Position numbers and translations under genes: made by a program
Notes under the pieces: model-generated
Seen by the model: only the letters and a program-made list of their open reading frames with translations
The model's database searches: none
Told to the model about the DNA's origin: nothing
In this document: positions 31,425-42,435 of the stretch, piece by piece
How positions within the stretch are numbered: the first letter of the stretch is position 1
How the letters are laid out: each line of letters starts with the position of its first letter
Assembly (NCBI GenBank): GCA_963700635.1
Contig: CAVOYH010000003.1
Span: forward strand, 640,001 to 704,000
Direction: 5' to 3'
DNA from: an uncultured Bacteroidota bacterium
Lineage (GTDB): Bacteria > Bacteroidota > Ignavibacteria > UBA10030 > UBA6906
DNA length: 64,000 nt

Positions 31425-32552
31425 GTGCCTATGCTCTATCACCGCCAGCAATACCTGGATTTGATGACATTTGGGTCCTCCGATCGTCCCATGTTTGTCG
31501 AGTTGTTCGGCCTTCTTGTCGGACTCGAAGACGAGTGGCGCGCACAGGGTGCAACATCGGACGAACTGTCACTCGAGGCATTCGACTGGGACTATGTGCC
31601 CGTCGTACATTGTGGAGGCACCACCGGGGTATTCGGCGGCCCGCCTCCAGTCGTCGTCGAAGAAACAGATGAGATCCTTCTCCGCCGCGATGAACTGGGC
31701 CGGCTCACAAAACTTTTCAAAAAATCCGCAACGATTCCCCTGCCGCTTGATCACCCTGTACATGACATGGATTCGTGGCTTGCCATCAAACCGCTTTTTG
31801 TGTTCACGGAAGAACGGATTGACGAAGACGCCATTCAACAGGCAAAGAAGGCCCAACAACACGGTGCACTTGTAGTTGCCTACATCCCGGGTGGCTTCGA
31901 TATGCCGCGGGAATTAATGGGCGAAGAGTGCGCCTGCCTCGCCTATTATGAACAGCCTGAACTCATGCAGGATATCCTGACAACGCTCACCACGACGTCA
32001 TTGCAGGTTCTGGAGCGTGTTACCGATCAGATCAGTATTGACCAGCTGTCCGTGCATGAAGATCTTGCCGGCAAGGCCGGACCGATGATCGGGCCACAGC
32101 AGGTCCGCAGGTTTATGCATCCTTATTTTTCCGCCGTCTGGGATCTGGTGCAGTCGCGCGGCACAAAGATCTTCGACATGGATTCCGACGGAAATGTCTG
32201 GCCTGTTCTGGACGAATTCCTCAACTGCGGCATCAACTCCATGCATCCCATGGAACCGGCCGCCGGTATGGATATTGTCGAAGTCCGCAGGCGTTACGGG
32301 TCCCGTTTAGCTATCCGCGGCGGCATTGACAAACATGTCCTGCGATTGGATCGTGCAGCAATCCGCACAGAACTTGAGTACAAAATGCAGCCGTTGATGA
32401 GAACTGGTGGAACTGTCTTCGGCCTTGATCACCGGATTCCCAACGGCACCCCGATCGAAAACTACCGGTACTACGTTGACCTGGGCCGGGAGATACTCGG
32501 CCTCACGCCACGGTCTCCGAACACGCGGGGATGGAAGCGCATGGCGTTCTGA
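31425..32552 (+). CDS. uroporphyrinogen decarboxylase/MtaA-CmuA superfamily protein
   Basis: EDLAGKAGPMIGP, MDSDGN, PMEPAAGMD, GGIDKH, DHRIPNGTP. Start at 31425 (GTG) or 31431 (ATG). Confidence 0.85.
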   Translation: MPMLYHRQQYLDLMTFGSSDRPMFVELFGLLVGLEDEWRAQGATSDELSLEAFDWDYVPVVHCGGTTGVFGGPPPVVVEETDEILLRRDELGRLTKLFKKSATIPLPLDHPVHDMDSWLAIKPLFVFTEERIDEDAIQQAKKAQQHGALVVAYIPGGFDMPRELMGEECACLAYYEQPELMQDILTTLTTTSLQVLERVTDQISIDQLSVHEDLAGKAGPMIGPQQVRRFMHPYFSAVWDLVQSRGTKIFDMDSDGNVWPVLDEFLNCGINSMHPMEPAAGMDIVEVRRRYGSRLAIRGGIDKHVLRLDRAAIRTELEYKMQPLMRTGGTVFGLDHRIPNGTPIENYRYYVDLGREILGLTPRSPNTRGWKRMAF

Positions 32553-32601
32553 CCAACGTCAGACCGTGAGCTGTATGAAGAAACTCTCTGTATAACGGAC
32601 A

Positions 32602-33195
32602 ATGACCGATCAACAACTTCGTCCGGTGCCGCCCAACGGCCGCGATGTGACCATGTCAATGGCGCAGGTTAATCTGCTCGCCATCCCCGTCGCCGTCGTG
32701 CCCGTGTTGCTGCTCGGTGGATTGTTCGTCCTGGTGAACGGCTGGGGAGCATTGTCATCTTCCCTTGCGCTGTTCCGGCAACCTGTCACGTTCGCCGCTG
32801 TTCTGATCGGCGGCATCGTTACCCACGAGCTTCTCCACGGCGCGGCCTGGGCATTTTATGGGAACAAACCTCTCACAGCAATTACATTCGGGATCCACTG
32901 GGTGACATTAACTCCGTATGCTCACTGCAGGGAGCCTTTACGGGCTGAAGCATATCGCCTCGGCGCTCTGGCCCCCGCTCTTATCCTGGGCATCTGCCCC
33001 GCACTCCTTGCAATATTCGCGGGTATGTACTGGTTTCTGTTCCCCGGCCTTATATTTACCGCTGCCGCGGCGGGAGACTTCCTGATTGTCTGGATGTTGC
33101 GAGGCGTGCGCTCCTCACAAATGGTCCTGGACCATCCCAGAAGGGCAGGATGTATCGTGTACGATCACATTTCATCCGAGGAATCTCCGACATGA
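32602..33195 (+). CDS. DUF3267 family membrane zinc-metalloprotease-like protein
   Basis: HELLH (HExxH), PYAHC, AGDF, DHP..AG. Confidence 0.85.
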   Translation: MTDQQLRPVPPNGRDVTMSMAQVNLLAIPVAVVPVLLLGGLFVLVNGWGALSSSLALFRQPVTFAAVLIGGIVTHELLHGAAWAFYGNKPLTAITFGIHWVTLTPYAHCREPLRAEAYRLGALAPALILGICPALLAIFAGMYWFLFPGLIFTAAAAGDFLIVWMLRGVRSSQMVLDHPRRAGCIVYDHISSEESPT

Positions 33196-34607
33196 GTGTC
33201 TCCATTGAATTCTGGGGTGCAGCGCGCACCGTCACCGGCTCCATGCATTTGCTGCAGGTCGGCAACAAGCGAATCCTCCTTGATTGCGGCATGTACCATG
33301 GACGCCGCGAGGAAGCATTCCAGCGTAACAAGAACTTTCCTTTTGACCCGCGATCCATCGATGCAGTGGTCCTCTCCCATGCGCATATTGACCACAGCGG
33401 CAATCTCCCCGGATTGGTGCGACAGGGCTTTTCGGGTCCGATCTTCTGTACAGGTGCCACCGCCAGTCTCTGCGCGGTAATGCTTAAGGACAGCGCCTAC
33501 ATTCAGGAGCGGGATATCGAGTATGTTAACAGACGGCACAAGAAACGGGGGATTCCTCCCGCCGAACCGCTGTATACCCAGGAGGATGTGGTGGACACCT
33601 CGGCCCTGCTGAAGCCTCAGGAATACAGCGCATCCTTTGAGGTGGTCGATGGCGTACAATGCCGATTTGAAGATGCGGGCCATATTCTCGGATCTGCTTC
33701 GGTTTCTCTCTCTTTGTCTTCCAACGGATTCAAGACAACCCTCGCCTTCTCGGGCGATCTGGGCCGGCCGAATCTCCCCATCCTCCGTGACCCGGTTCTC
33801 ATCGGGGACGAACAGACGGAGTATCTGATCTGCGAAAGTACATACGGCGGCCGTTTTCATAAACCTGTCCGGGATATGGAAGAACAGCTCCTCCAGCCAA
33901 TCCTGCGTGCCATAGAGCGCAAGGCGAAAGTTGTCATTCCCGCATTCAGCGTGGGCCGTACCCAGGAGATCGTCTACACTCTTCATGAACTCAAGAACAG
34001 GGGCCGACTGGATCACCTCCCTGTGTTCGTAGACAGTCCGCTCTCGGTAAACGTCACCGATGTCTTCCGAAAACATGAGGAATGTTTTGACGCTGAAACG
34101 CTTGCCATTCTGAACGCATCAGACAACAATGACCCTTTCGGGTTCGAACAACTGAAGTACATACGGACACTGGAGGAATCCAAGGCGCTCAACGACCGTC
34201 CCGGACCTTTTGTTGTCATTTCAGCATCCGGCATGTGTGAGGGCGGGCGTGTTGTGCATCATCTTGCCAACACCGTGACTGACTCCCGGAACATGGTTCT
34301 TATTGTGGGATATCAGGCGGAACATACACTGGGAAAGCGGCTCGTCATGCGTGAACCCATTGTCAACATCTTCGGAGAGCCCCATGAGTTGCGGGCAGAA
34401 GTTGTTGTCCTCAACTCCTTCAGCGCCCATGCCGATCGAAACGAACTCCTGGAGTACCTGCGACGATTTCCACGACGGCCCCTTCGTCAAATCTTCCTTG
34501 TCCACGGAGATCCCGACCAGGCGGAAAAGCTGGGCACAGCGCTCACCGAGGAACATTTTGGTGATGTGGTCATTCCGGCCCGCGGCAACCGCATCACTCT
34601 TGGTTGA
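33192..34607 (+). CDS. MBL-fold beta-CASP RNA-metabolising hydrolase
   Basis: GAARTVTGS, LDCG, SHAHIDHSG, AGHILGS, ESTYG, PAFSVGRTQE, SAHAD, VHGD; start at ATG 33192. Confidence 0.93.
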   Translation: MSVSIEFWGAARTVTGSMHLLQVGNKRILLDCGMYHGRREEAFQRNKNFPFDPRSIDAVVLSHAHIDHSGNLPGLVRQGFSGPIFCTGATASLCAVMLKDSAYIQERDIEYVNRRHKKRGIPPAEPLYTQEDVVDTSALLKPQEYSASFEVVDGVQCRFEDAGHILGSASVSLSLSSNGFKTTLAFSGDLGRPNLPILRDPVLIGDEQTEYLICESTYGGRFHKPVRDMEEQLLQPILRAIERKAKVVIPAFSVGRTQEIVYTLHELKNRGRLDHLPVFVDSPLSVNVTDVFRKHEECFDAETLAILNASDNNDPFGFEQLKYIRTLEESKALNDRPGPFVVISASGMCEGGRVVHHLANTVTDSRNMVLIVGYQAEHTLGKRLVMREPIVNIFGEPHELRAEVVVLNSFSAHADRNELLEYLRRFPRRPLRQIFLVHGDPDQAEKLGTALTEEHFGDVVIPARGNRITLG

Positions 34608-36550
34608 GCAGACCTATGTCCCCTGCCCGATGGGTGATGGTCCTGGTCTTCTTTCGGGTGTTCCTGTCTGCACCGGTGCAGGCACAGGAAGCGACCGGGG
34701 AAGCCGAGCTGGTGCCATCCCCCGTTGATTCGCTCACCCGGGTCAACTCGGCAAGCGTTGTGTTTGACAAGAATCTGAACACGTTTAACTGGATCGGCCG
34801 GCTTGTGATGGATACCGTTGTTGCCAGCACACGGATCGGACTCGCCGCCAATTATCTTTCCAATATTATTCAGATCGACGGTGCGCCAGGGGGCGCTCCT
34901 CGATCATCCGAGAGTACCCAGCAGACGTTTCGACTCTCCCTTGCCCACCCAATCGATGCTCCCATCGGGCTCCGTACACAATGGTCTTCTCTGGTTTACT
35001 CTGACAACCGGGGGATTGGCCTGAACAATGCCTCCAACCATACGATCCTCGCCGGGATTGACTACACCCCCTGGACTTCGCTCAGCCTTACACCCCTTGC
35101 GGGGTTCCGGTGGGACAGACAGGGATCTATTCACGACCGGGGACTTGTCCTCGACGTCGGGGCTTCACTTCATGACATTGATGTTGATGGGTATCGAATC
35201 CTTGGTGATGGACGGTTCCGTCAGGACCGCCTTGATCCGCGTTTTCTCGAGAATCATTCCGCACATACCAGCATCGAAAAATCCTTCGGACCCCAGTCCA
35301 GTGATAGTCTGTCTTTCGGTTTCTACCGATCGCGCCGTGAATTCTACCTTAACGGAGATAGTGTCATCGAAAGCCGGACGGACCAGGTGTTTACCTTCGC
35401 CAATCTGCTGTCATACGACATCACCCCTTCCCTCGGTGCAAACGTCTTCGTCGGGATTCAGAACCGCGGATTGGACAAAGACGAGCGGCGCATCATTGTC
35501 TTCCCGGTATCTTCCACCTCCTTTGATACACGTGTTGAAGAATTCCGCCTCGATGCATATATGCAGGCATGGTACCGTTCACCTGACGCATCCACATCCG
35601 CTCATCTCCGTTTCGCATACAGTGAGCGGAGTGAAACCCACCGGGCCAAGTCGCCCGACGTGATCACGCCAACGCTCGCTGTGTTGTTTGCCGAACGTAA
35701 CCGGCGCGAACAGTCGAAAGACAATATTGCCCGAAGGGTGTCTCTTGCAGGGGGTATTTCTCTTCCGGTCTCCTCCTCGGACCGTATCCATTTTTCAGGT
35801 TCGGCGACTGTTCTGCGATACGATACCCCGAGCGAGCTGAATCTGGAAGACAGGGACGAGCTGCTGATCGCACTCACAGCGGGCACCCTTCACCGGGTTA
35901 CAAGGCACTTTCACGTCGGCATTACCTTTGATGCGACCATAAGCCATCTTGTGTACCTGCTGGGGGAACGCAGCGCCAACAACAACATCAACCGTGTGAT
36001 CCGGTTGACACCCCGGACAGTCTATTCTCCGGTTCCATGGTTTTACACTCAGAATGCGTTTGAGGTGCTCGCCAATTACACCGTGTATGACTACGAAAAA
36101 CAGGTGGCCCTCGCCAGAAGTTTCTCGTACCGGCAGTTCTCCTGGATGGATTCCACGCGCATTGAGCTGGGGCAGAGGATAGGACTTGACTTTTTCGCCT
36201 ATTTAAAGTTGTATGAACGTGGAATGTTGAAGTGGGACGAGTTTCTCGAACGGACGGAGAATTCAACAACCGACCGCACAATGGCGTTTCAGGTTCGGTT
36301 CTCCCCCAGCAGAACAACGATTTTTGCGCTGGGAATCAGATATTTTAGCCAGTCGCGCTATCTGTTTGAGGATTCCGTCAGGAAGCTGGATACGTTTTTC
36401 AGCAGTGTCGGACCGACCTGTCTTCTTCAATGGGAGGTTGGACCGCACAGTTTTCTCTCGTTTCGAGGATGGTATGAGCGGCGCAAACATTCGGACGGCA
36501 CTTCCCGGTCAACAGCCAGCATGACGGCAAATGTCTATCTCCATTTCTGA
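34604..36550 (+). CDS. hypothetical outer-membrane beta-barrel protein
   Basis: Signal peptide ending VQA-Q, alternating aromatic/polar strands, C-terminal ...ANVYLHF BAM-type motif. Confidence 0.65.
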   Translation: MSRPMSPARWVMVLVFFRVFLSAPVQAQEATGEAELVPSPVDSLTRVNSASVVFDKNLNTFNWIGRLVMDTVVASTRIGLAANYLSNIIQIDGAPGGAPRSSESTQQTFRLSLAHPIDAPIGLRTQWSSLVYSDNRGIGLNNASNHTILAGIDYTPWTSLSLTPLAGFRWDRQGSIHDRGLVLDVGASLHDIDVDGYRILGDGRFRQDRLDPRFLENHSAHTSIEKSFGPQSSDSLSFGFYRSRREFYLNGDSVIESRTDQVFTFANLLSYDITPSLGANVFVGIQNRGLDKDERRIIVFPVSSTSFDTRVEEFRLDAYMQAWYRSPDASTSAHLRFAYSERSETHRAKSPDVITPTLAVLFAERNRREQSKDNIARRVSLAGGISLPVSSSDRIHFSGSATVLRYDTPSELNLEDRDELLIALTAGTLHRVTRHFHVGITFDATISHLVYLLGERSANNNINRVIRLTPRTVYSPVPWFYTQNAFEVLANYTVYDYEKQVALARSFSYRQFSWMDSTRIELGQRIGLDFFAYLKLYERGMLKWDEFLERTENSTTDRTMAFQVRFSPSRTTIFALGIRYFSQSRYLFEDSVRKLDTFFSSVGPTCLLQWEVGPHSFLSFRGWYERRKHSDGTSRSTASMTANVYLHF

Positions 36551-36562
36551 GCGGACGGATAC

Positions 36563-36985
36563 GTGAAACCAGCGCAGACGATTTACAGGATAACATTACG
36601 GAGTACTCCCCGAAGCATAAAGCGTGTGGAGGGTTACATTCAGAAGATCAGTCGCGCGGTCGATCTTGATGAGATTCAGCTTCACAAGCTGATGGTTTCC
36701 CTGACGGAAGCCGTGAACAACGCAATTCTGCACGGTAACCGGTCGGACCCTGAAAGGCGGGTGTGCGTAACATGTGAAGTGCTTCCCGGATGGCTCCTCT
36801 TTGAGATTTGCGATGAAGGCAAAGGATTCCATCCGGAATTCGTGCGCAACCCGCTCAAAGAGGAAAACCTGAAGAAGGAGAGTGGAAGGGGGATATTCTT
36901 AATGCGGACGTTGATGGATAAGGTTGAGTTTGAGCACTTGCCGGAAGGAATGCGTGTCCGCCTCTGGCTCAATCTCAATAAATAA
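36563..36985 (+). CDS. anti-sigma factor Ser/Thr kinase, RsbW/SpoIIAB-like (HATPase_c_2)
   Basis: EAVNNAILHGN, DEGKGF, ESGRGIFLM. Confidence 0.9.
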   Translation: MKPAQTIYRITLRSTPRSIKRVEGYIQKISRAVDLDEIQLHKLMVSLTEAVNNAILHGNRSDPERRVCVTCEVLPGWLLFEICDEGKGFHPEFVRNPLKEENLKKESGRGIFLMRTLMDKVEFEHLPEGMRVRLWLNLNK

Positions 36986-37000
36986 ATCCTCTCTTCCCGC

Positions 37001-37702
37001 TCACTGTATCTCGTTGAGAGTCAGTTGCGCCCCCCCTTCACTGTCATTCGGTTCCAACCGCATCAGCAGAAATGCCGACGGGGCATCGGCAACCCAATAC
37101 CGGTAATCGAACGACACCCCGCTCAGATCAACCCGATAGGCCGGAAAGACCGTTTGTTGCCCCTTCACGTTGACCGAAAACATATCTGGCGTTCCGGATA
37201 TCCGTCCGTAGACGGGCTGGGACCGGCCGTAATCCTGGTATCCTACCACCCATGAGTTCCCGGACCCGACGGAAAATGCAGCGATACGCTCCCACTGATC
37301 CGGCGGCACCGGCTGTTTGCGAATACGGGCGATTGTAGACAGGAAGCCATACCTGTAGAGATCGCCGTCGGTGTTTACCGCGATCATTACCGTATCGTAA
37401 ACGGAGAGTGTGCTCCGCAAGATGATGGCGCTGTCCTGTATCGTGGTTACATTACTGAAACCCGGGAGGGTTGCCCCTGTGCTCAGGACTTTCCACGATG
37501 CACGCGAACGGGTTGACGGTCGGCTATAGCCGAACTCATCCAGCAGGACGGCCTCATACAGGAAGGTATCCCCTGTCGTGAAATGCATCGAAAATGGAAT
37601 TGGTTCGGAAATTCCCGTGGTGTCGATGCTCTCACGGCAGGAAAGGGAGAGAGCGCACAGGCAAAAAAGGGCAACCCGCCGGGTTGCCCTTATGGAAGTC
37701 AC
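37001..37702 (-). CDS. hypothetical lipoprotein
   Basis: GTG at 37702 with GAGG upstream; lipobox-like LSLSC after a hydrophobic stretch. The ORF-track start at 37897 overlaps mdh and is unlikely. Confidence 0.65.
   Translation of the reverse strand: MTSIRATRRVALFCLCALSLSCRESIDTTGISEPIPFSMHFTTGDTFLYEAVLLDEFGYSRPSTRSRASWKVLSTGATLPGFSNVTTIQDSAIILRSTLSVYDTVMIAVNTDGDLYRYGFLSTIARIRKQPVPPDQWERIAAFSVGSGNSWVVGYQDYGRSQPVYGRISGTPDMFSVNVKGQQTVFPAYRVDLSGVSFDYRYWVADAPSAFLLMRLEPNDSEGGAQLTLNEIQ
37663..37691 (-). terminator. Rho-independent terminator after mdh
   Basis: Minus strand reads AAGGGCAACCC-GGC-GGGTTGCCC-TTTTTT. Confidence 0.8.
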
Positions 37703-37716
37703 TGATCTACCTCGTC

Positions 37717-38926
<1,210 letters not shown>

Positions 38927-38935
38927 GACTAGCCT

Positions 38936-39247
38936 CTACTTGCCAATACTGAGAATTTCGATCTGTGTGAATCCCTGACGGTGCCCGCGCTTGACGCGGT
39001 AACCCTTACGGCGTTTTTTCTTGAACACGATGACCTTGTCACTTCTCCCGTGCTCGAGAATCGCGCCTTCCACATGCGCTCCGGCTACGACCGGGTGACC
39101 CACGACGACACTTTTTTCATCGCCCACCAGAAGGATCCGATCCAGCGAGATCTTGGTTCCGGGTTTTTCATGTAAACTGGGGACGGTAATGCGGTCTTTG
39201 GGAGAAACCTTGTATTGCTTTCCTGCAACTTCCACGACGGCAAACAT
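38936..39247 (-). CDS. rplU: 50S ribosomal protein L21
   Basis: [19 protein letters not shown]. Confidence 0.98.
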   Translation of the reverse strand: MFAVVEVAGKQYKVSPKDRITVPSLHEKPGTKISLDRILLVGDEKSVVVGHPVVAGAHVEGAILEHGRSDKVIVFKKKRRKGYRVKRGHRQGFTQIEILSIGK

Positions 39248-39277
39248 CAGCGTATTCCTCTCTCATATAGGAATATA

Positions 39278-39306
39278 AAGGTACCAAATACTCTCAAAAA
39301 AGTCAA
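39278..39306 (-). promoter_or_regulatory. sigma70-type promoter for rplU-rpmA-mdh
   Basis: Minus strand reads TTGACT-17 nt-TACCTT, immediately followed by a second TATATT. Confidence 0.6.
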
Positions 39307-41444
39307 TCTTTGCCGCTCCGAAAACTGAGGATCCGCAGAGCATTTGCGATTACCGCCAGAGACGCCCCATCATCTGCCAGAATGGCCATCCAGAGGGTGG
39401 CGAAGCCCGTCAGACTTAGCACCAGGAAGAGAAGCTTCAATCCGAGGGCAATACCGATATTCTGACGGATTATCCGCATCGTGAGCCTGCTTACACCCAC
39501 CAGATGGGGAATCCGGTCAATATTGTCCCCCATCAGGACGACATCGGCGGTTTCCAGGGCCGTGTCGTTCCCTGCTCCTCCCATTGCAATACCGACAGTA
39601 GCCGCCGCGAGCGCTGGCGCGTCATTAATGCCATCTCCCACCATGGCCACCGCGCCATAGTCCCTTCCCAGCTGTTCGACCGCCGCCACCTTCCCAGCCG
39701 GAAGTAGTCCGGCCTTCCACCGGTCTATCCCGACCTCTCCCGCGATGGCACCCGCAACCTGTTCATTATCTCCGGAAAGCATCACCACGTCACGGATTCC
39801 TTTCCGCCGAAGGGCCTGCACCACTCCGCGACTATGGGTCCGGAGCTTGTCCCGCAGAGCGATGATACCCAGGGGTTTGCCCGCGACTCCAAGGACAACG
39901 GCGGTTTTCCCTTCCCGGTTCAGGATGTCAACCTGGCGAAGAACCTCAGGCGTACAGCAATGCCGTTCGCGGCAGAATTCGAGATTCCCGAGAACGTACC
40001 CGGCCCCGTTGATGATGGCCGTCACCCCGCGTCCCGGATATGACGTAAAAGATTCGACGGCAATGGTTTCATGGTGAAGCCCACGCCGCACGCTCTCCTC
40101 CACCACGGCTGCAGCAAGATGATGTTCGGACCGGAATTCCAGAGCGGCGGCAACCCTCAGAATCGATTCGGGGGTATCGTGGTTAAGAGCCACCGTGTCT
40201 GTCACCCGCATCCGCCCTTCTGTGAGCGTACCGGTCTTGTCGAATGCAATGACATTCACCGAGTGCAGGGCTTCCAGATGAGTGCCCCCTTTGATCAGGA
40301 TGCCGTGCCGCGCCCCGTTGGTCAACGCGCTCACCAGCGCTACCGGTGTCGAAATGACAAGAGCACAGGGACAGGCAATAACGAGCAGGACTAGCGCACG
40401 GTAGAGCCAGACATCAAACGGGAGAGAAAACAGTACAGGCGGGATCACCGCAACAAGAATGGCAAGAACGAGCACCCCCGGTGTATACACCGCGGCGAAA
40501 CGGTCCACAAGACTCTGCACCGGCGCGCGTTTCTGTTCCGCTTCTTCGATAAGATGAATGATGTGGGCAAGAGTCGTGTCTTCGTAGCGCCGCGTCGCCT
40601 GCACCGTCAGTGACCCGTGACCATTAAGAGCACCGGCAAAGACCGTGTCACCTTCGTTCTTCTCCACGGGAATCGATTCGCCGGTAATCGCAGCCTGATC
40701 GAGGGACGACCTGCCTTCGATCACAACACCATCGATGGGAATGCGCTCACCGGGACGGATCCGTAGGATGTCACCCGGCACCACTTCGGATGCGGAAAGA
40801 GTCTGTTCGGTCGGGCCGCGAAGCACATGGGCCTGCTGGGGTGAAAGTGTGACGAGCGACTCAAGAGCACGGCGGGTGCGGGTGGTGCTGTAGGATTCCA
40901 GCATCAGTGCCACGGAAAAAAGGACAACCACCGCAGCACCCTCGCTCCAGCGGTCAATCGCCATCGCGCCGATTACGGCCAGCGCCATGAGGACATTCAT
41001 ATCCAGTGTTCTGGTCCGCAGCGCCGCGGTGGCCTTGAGCAGAATCTGCCATCCGCCGGTGAGAATAGAGGCAAAAAGCAGGGTACGCACGAGAAGAGGG
41101 GAAAGACCGAGTGATTCCATCGCCATCCCGGCAGCCGCAAGCAGACCGGCAGCCGCGGTCCAGAGAGCCTGTCCGTGGCGTTCCAGAAACGATTGTGGTG
41201 GACGGATTTCCTGTTTGAGACGCCCCCGGAAACCGGCACCCCGCAGATCCCCTAGAACCTGCGTATCGACAACGTCCGCATCAACACGGAGTTCTGAAGA
41301 AAGCAGGCTGAATGTGTAGCGATCATGACCAAGGCTGGCATCCAGCCGTTTGCGGAGAATATGCTCTTCTGTTGCGCAGCAGACTCCGGACACAATAAAC
41401 CGCTTCCGATGCTTCGTCTCCTGATGTCTTCTGTTCTCCACCAC
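39303..41444 (-). CDS. cadA: heavy-metal-translocating P1B-2 ATPase (Zn/Cd/Pb)
   Basis: GTG at 41444 after GGAGGAGAGG; TGES, CPC, DKTGT, GDGINDAP, Lys and Asp in the last two TM helices; N-terminal metal-binding domain with GVCCATEE. Confidence 0.92.
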   Translation of the reverse strand: MVENRRHQETKHRKRFIVSGVCCATEEHILRKRLDASLGHDRYTFSLLSSELRVDADVVDTQVLGDLRGAGFRGRLKQEIRPPQSFLERHGQALWTAAAGLLAAAGMAMESLGLSPLLVRTLLFASILTGGWQILLKATAALRTRTLDMNVLMALAVIGAMAIDRWSEGAAVVVLFSVALMLESYSTTRTRRALESLVTLSPQQAHVLRGPTEQTLSASEVVPGDILRIRPGERIPIDGVVIEGRSSLDQAAITGESIPVEKNEGDTVFAGALNGHGSLTVQATRRYEDTTLAHIIHLIEEAEQKRAPVQSLVDRFAAVYTPGVLVLAILVAVIPPVLFSLPFDVWLYRALVLLVIACPCALVISTPVALVSALTNGARHGILIKGGTHLEALHSVNVIAFDKTGTLTEGRMRVTDTVALNHDTPESILRVAAALEFRSEHHLAAAVVEESVRRGLHHETIAVESFTSYPGRGVTAIINGAGYVLGNLEFCRERHCCTPEVLRQVDILNREGKTAVVLGVAGKPLGIIALRDKLRTHSRGVVQALRRKGIRDVVMLSGDNEQVAGAIAGEVGIDRWKAGLLPAGKVAAVEQLGRDYGAVAMVGDGINDAPALAAATVGIAMGGAGNDTALETADVVLMGDNIDRIPHLVGVSRLTMRIIRQNIGIALGLKLLFLVLSLTGFATLWMAILADDGASLAVIANALRILSFRSGKD

Positions 41445-41466
41445 AATCCTCTCCTCCTGCTCCGTG

Positions 41467-42435
41467 TTACCTGTCAAGGGGCGACCAGGGATGCAGACTG
41501 TCCATCGTTTGAACCTTGTCCCGGAGAAACTTATACAACCGCGGGGCGGTATACAGACAGAATACGGCGAACAGCGCCCCGGCAACCAGATCAACAACGT
41601 AGTGATATCGTTGATATACTGTCGCAATAATCAGCAAAATACCATTGATGAGGATGAAGTAGCGTGTGCCCAGCCGGTACCGGACACTAAAAGCCATCAG
41701 GACGAGCGTCATCATGGTATGGCCACTCGGAAAAACATCCCGCTGGGTGGCTGCCATTGCATCGGCGCTGCTGACTCCCATAGGGACAGATTCTCCCACA
41801 TTCACGAACCACCGCAGATAGGGGGTCAGAAACAGCCCGGGAAGTTCCAGATCCAGGGAATTAAAGTCATGGAGTGTGAACCGTGGGCCGACCGCGGGCA
41901 AAGAGAAATAGCCCAGATACGACAGATAGAATCCGTACACGCATGTGAACATAAAAAAATGAAATACCCCGGGGGAATGTTTCCGGTAGAGTTCATAACC
42001 GATGAGCAGGAAGAGGAAGTAAAACAGCGTGTATGCAATCTGCAGGGCCTCTGTCGCAACCGGGTGTCTGAACTGCATTATCCATTCGGTCGGATTAACT
42101 CCAAACACCCACCGGTCAACGGCAATCAGCCAATCGTCGTAGTCAATTCCCTGATGGATCGGTTTAATCATGAAGTAGAGTTCTTTAAACGTGAAGAAAA
42201 CCAGGGGGGCGACATACCAATCGTGGATGTACGCCAGAATTTTCTGCGGACTGGACGCGCGGGCGAGCGCAAGCAGGCAAATCCCGGTGATGATGACACC
42301 GTTGATCATCACCAGGATCCACCATCCGGGGATCCTTCCGGCGAAGATGACGCTGAGGAGGCTCAGCAGGAAGAAGAACGTAATAATCACAACGTCGGCG
42401 GAATGGAAGGCGCGCAACAGGGTCCGGAATTTCAT
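41467..42435 (-). CDS. PAP2 superfamily protein, Aur1/IPC-synthase-like
   Basis: Multi-TM protein with PAVGPRF, FPSGH, RYHYVVD. Confidence 0.85.
   Translation of the reverse strand: MKFRTLLRAFHSADVVIITFFFLLSLLSVIFAGRIPGWWILVMINGVIITGICLLALARASSPQKILAYIHDWYVAPLVFFTFKELYFMIKPIHQGIDYDDWLIAVDRWVFGVNPTEWIMQFRHPVATEALQIAYTLFYFLFLLIGYELYRKHSPGVFHFFMFTCVYGFYLSYLGYFSLPAVGPRFTLHDFNSLDLELPGLFLTPYLRWFVNVGESVPMGVSSADAMAATQRDVFPSGHTMMTLVLMAFSVRYRLGTRYFILINGILLIIATVYQRYHYVVDLVAGALFAVFCLYTAPRLYKFLRDKVQTMDSLHPWSPLDR

Noticed and set aside
41445-41627. Extended N-terminus of the P1B ATPase
   Set aside because: It overlaps the PAP2 gene, and a strong RBS precedes the GTG at 41444.
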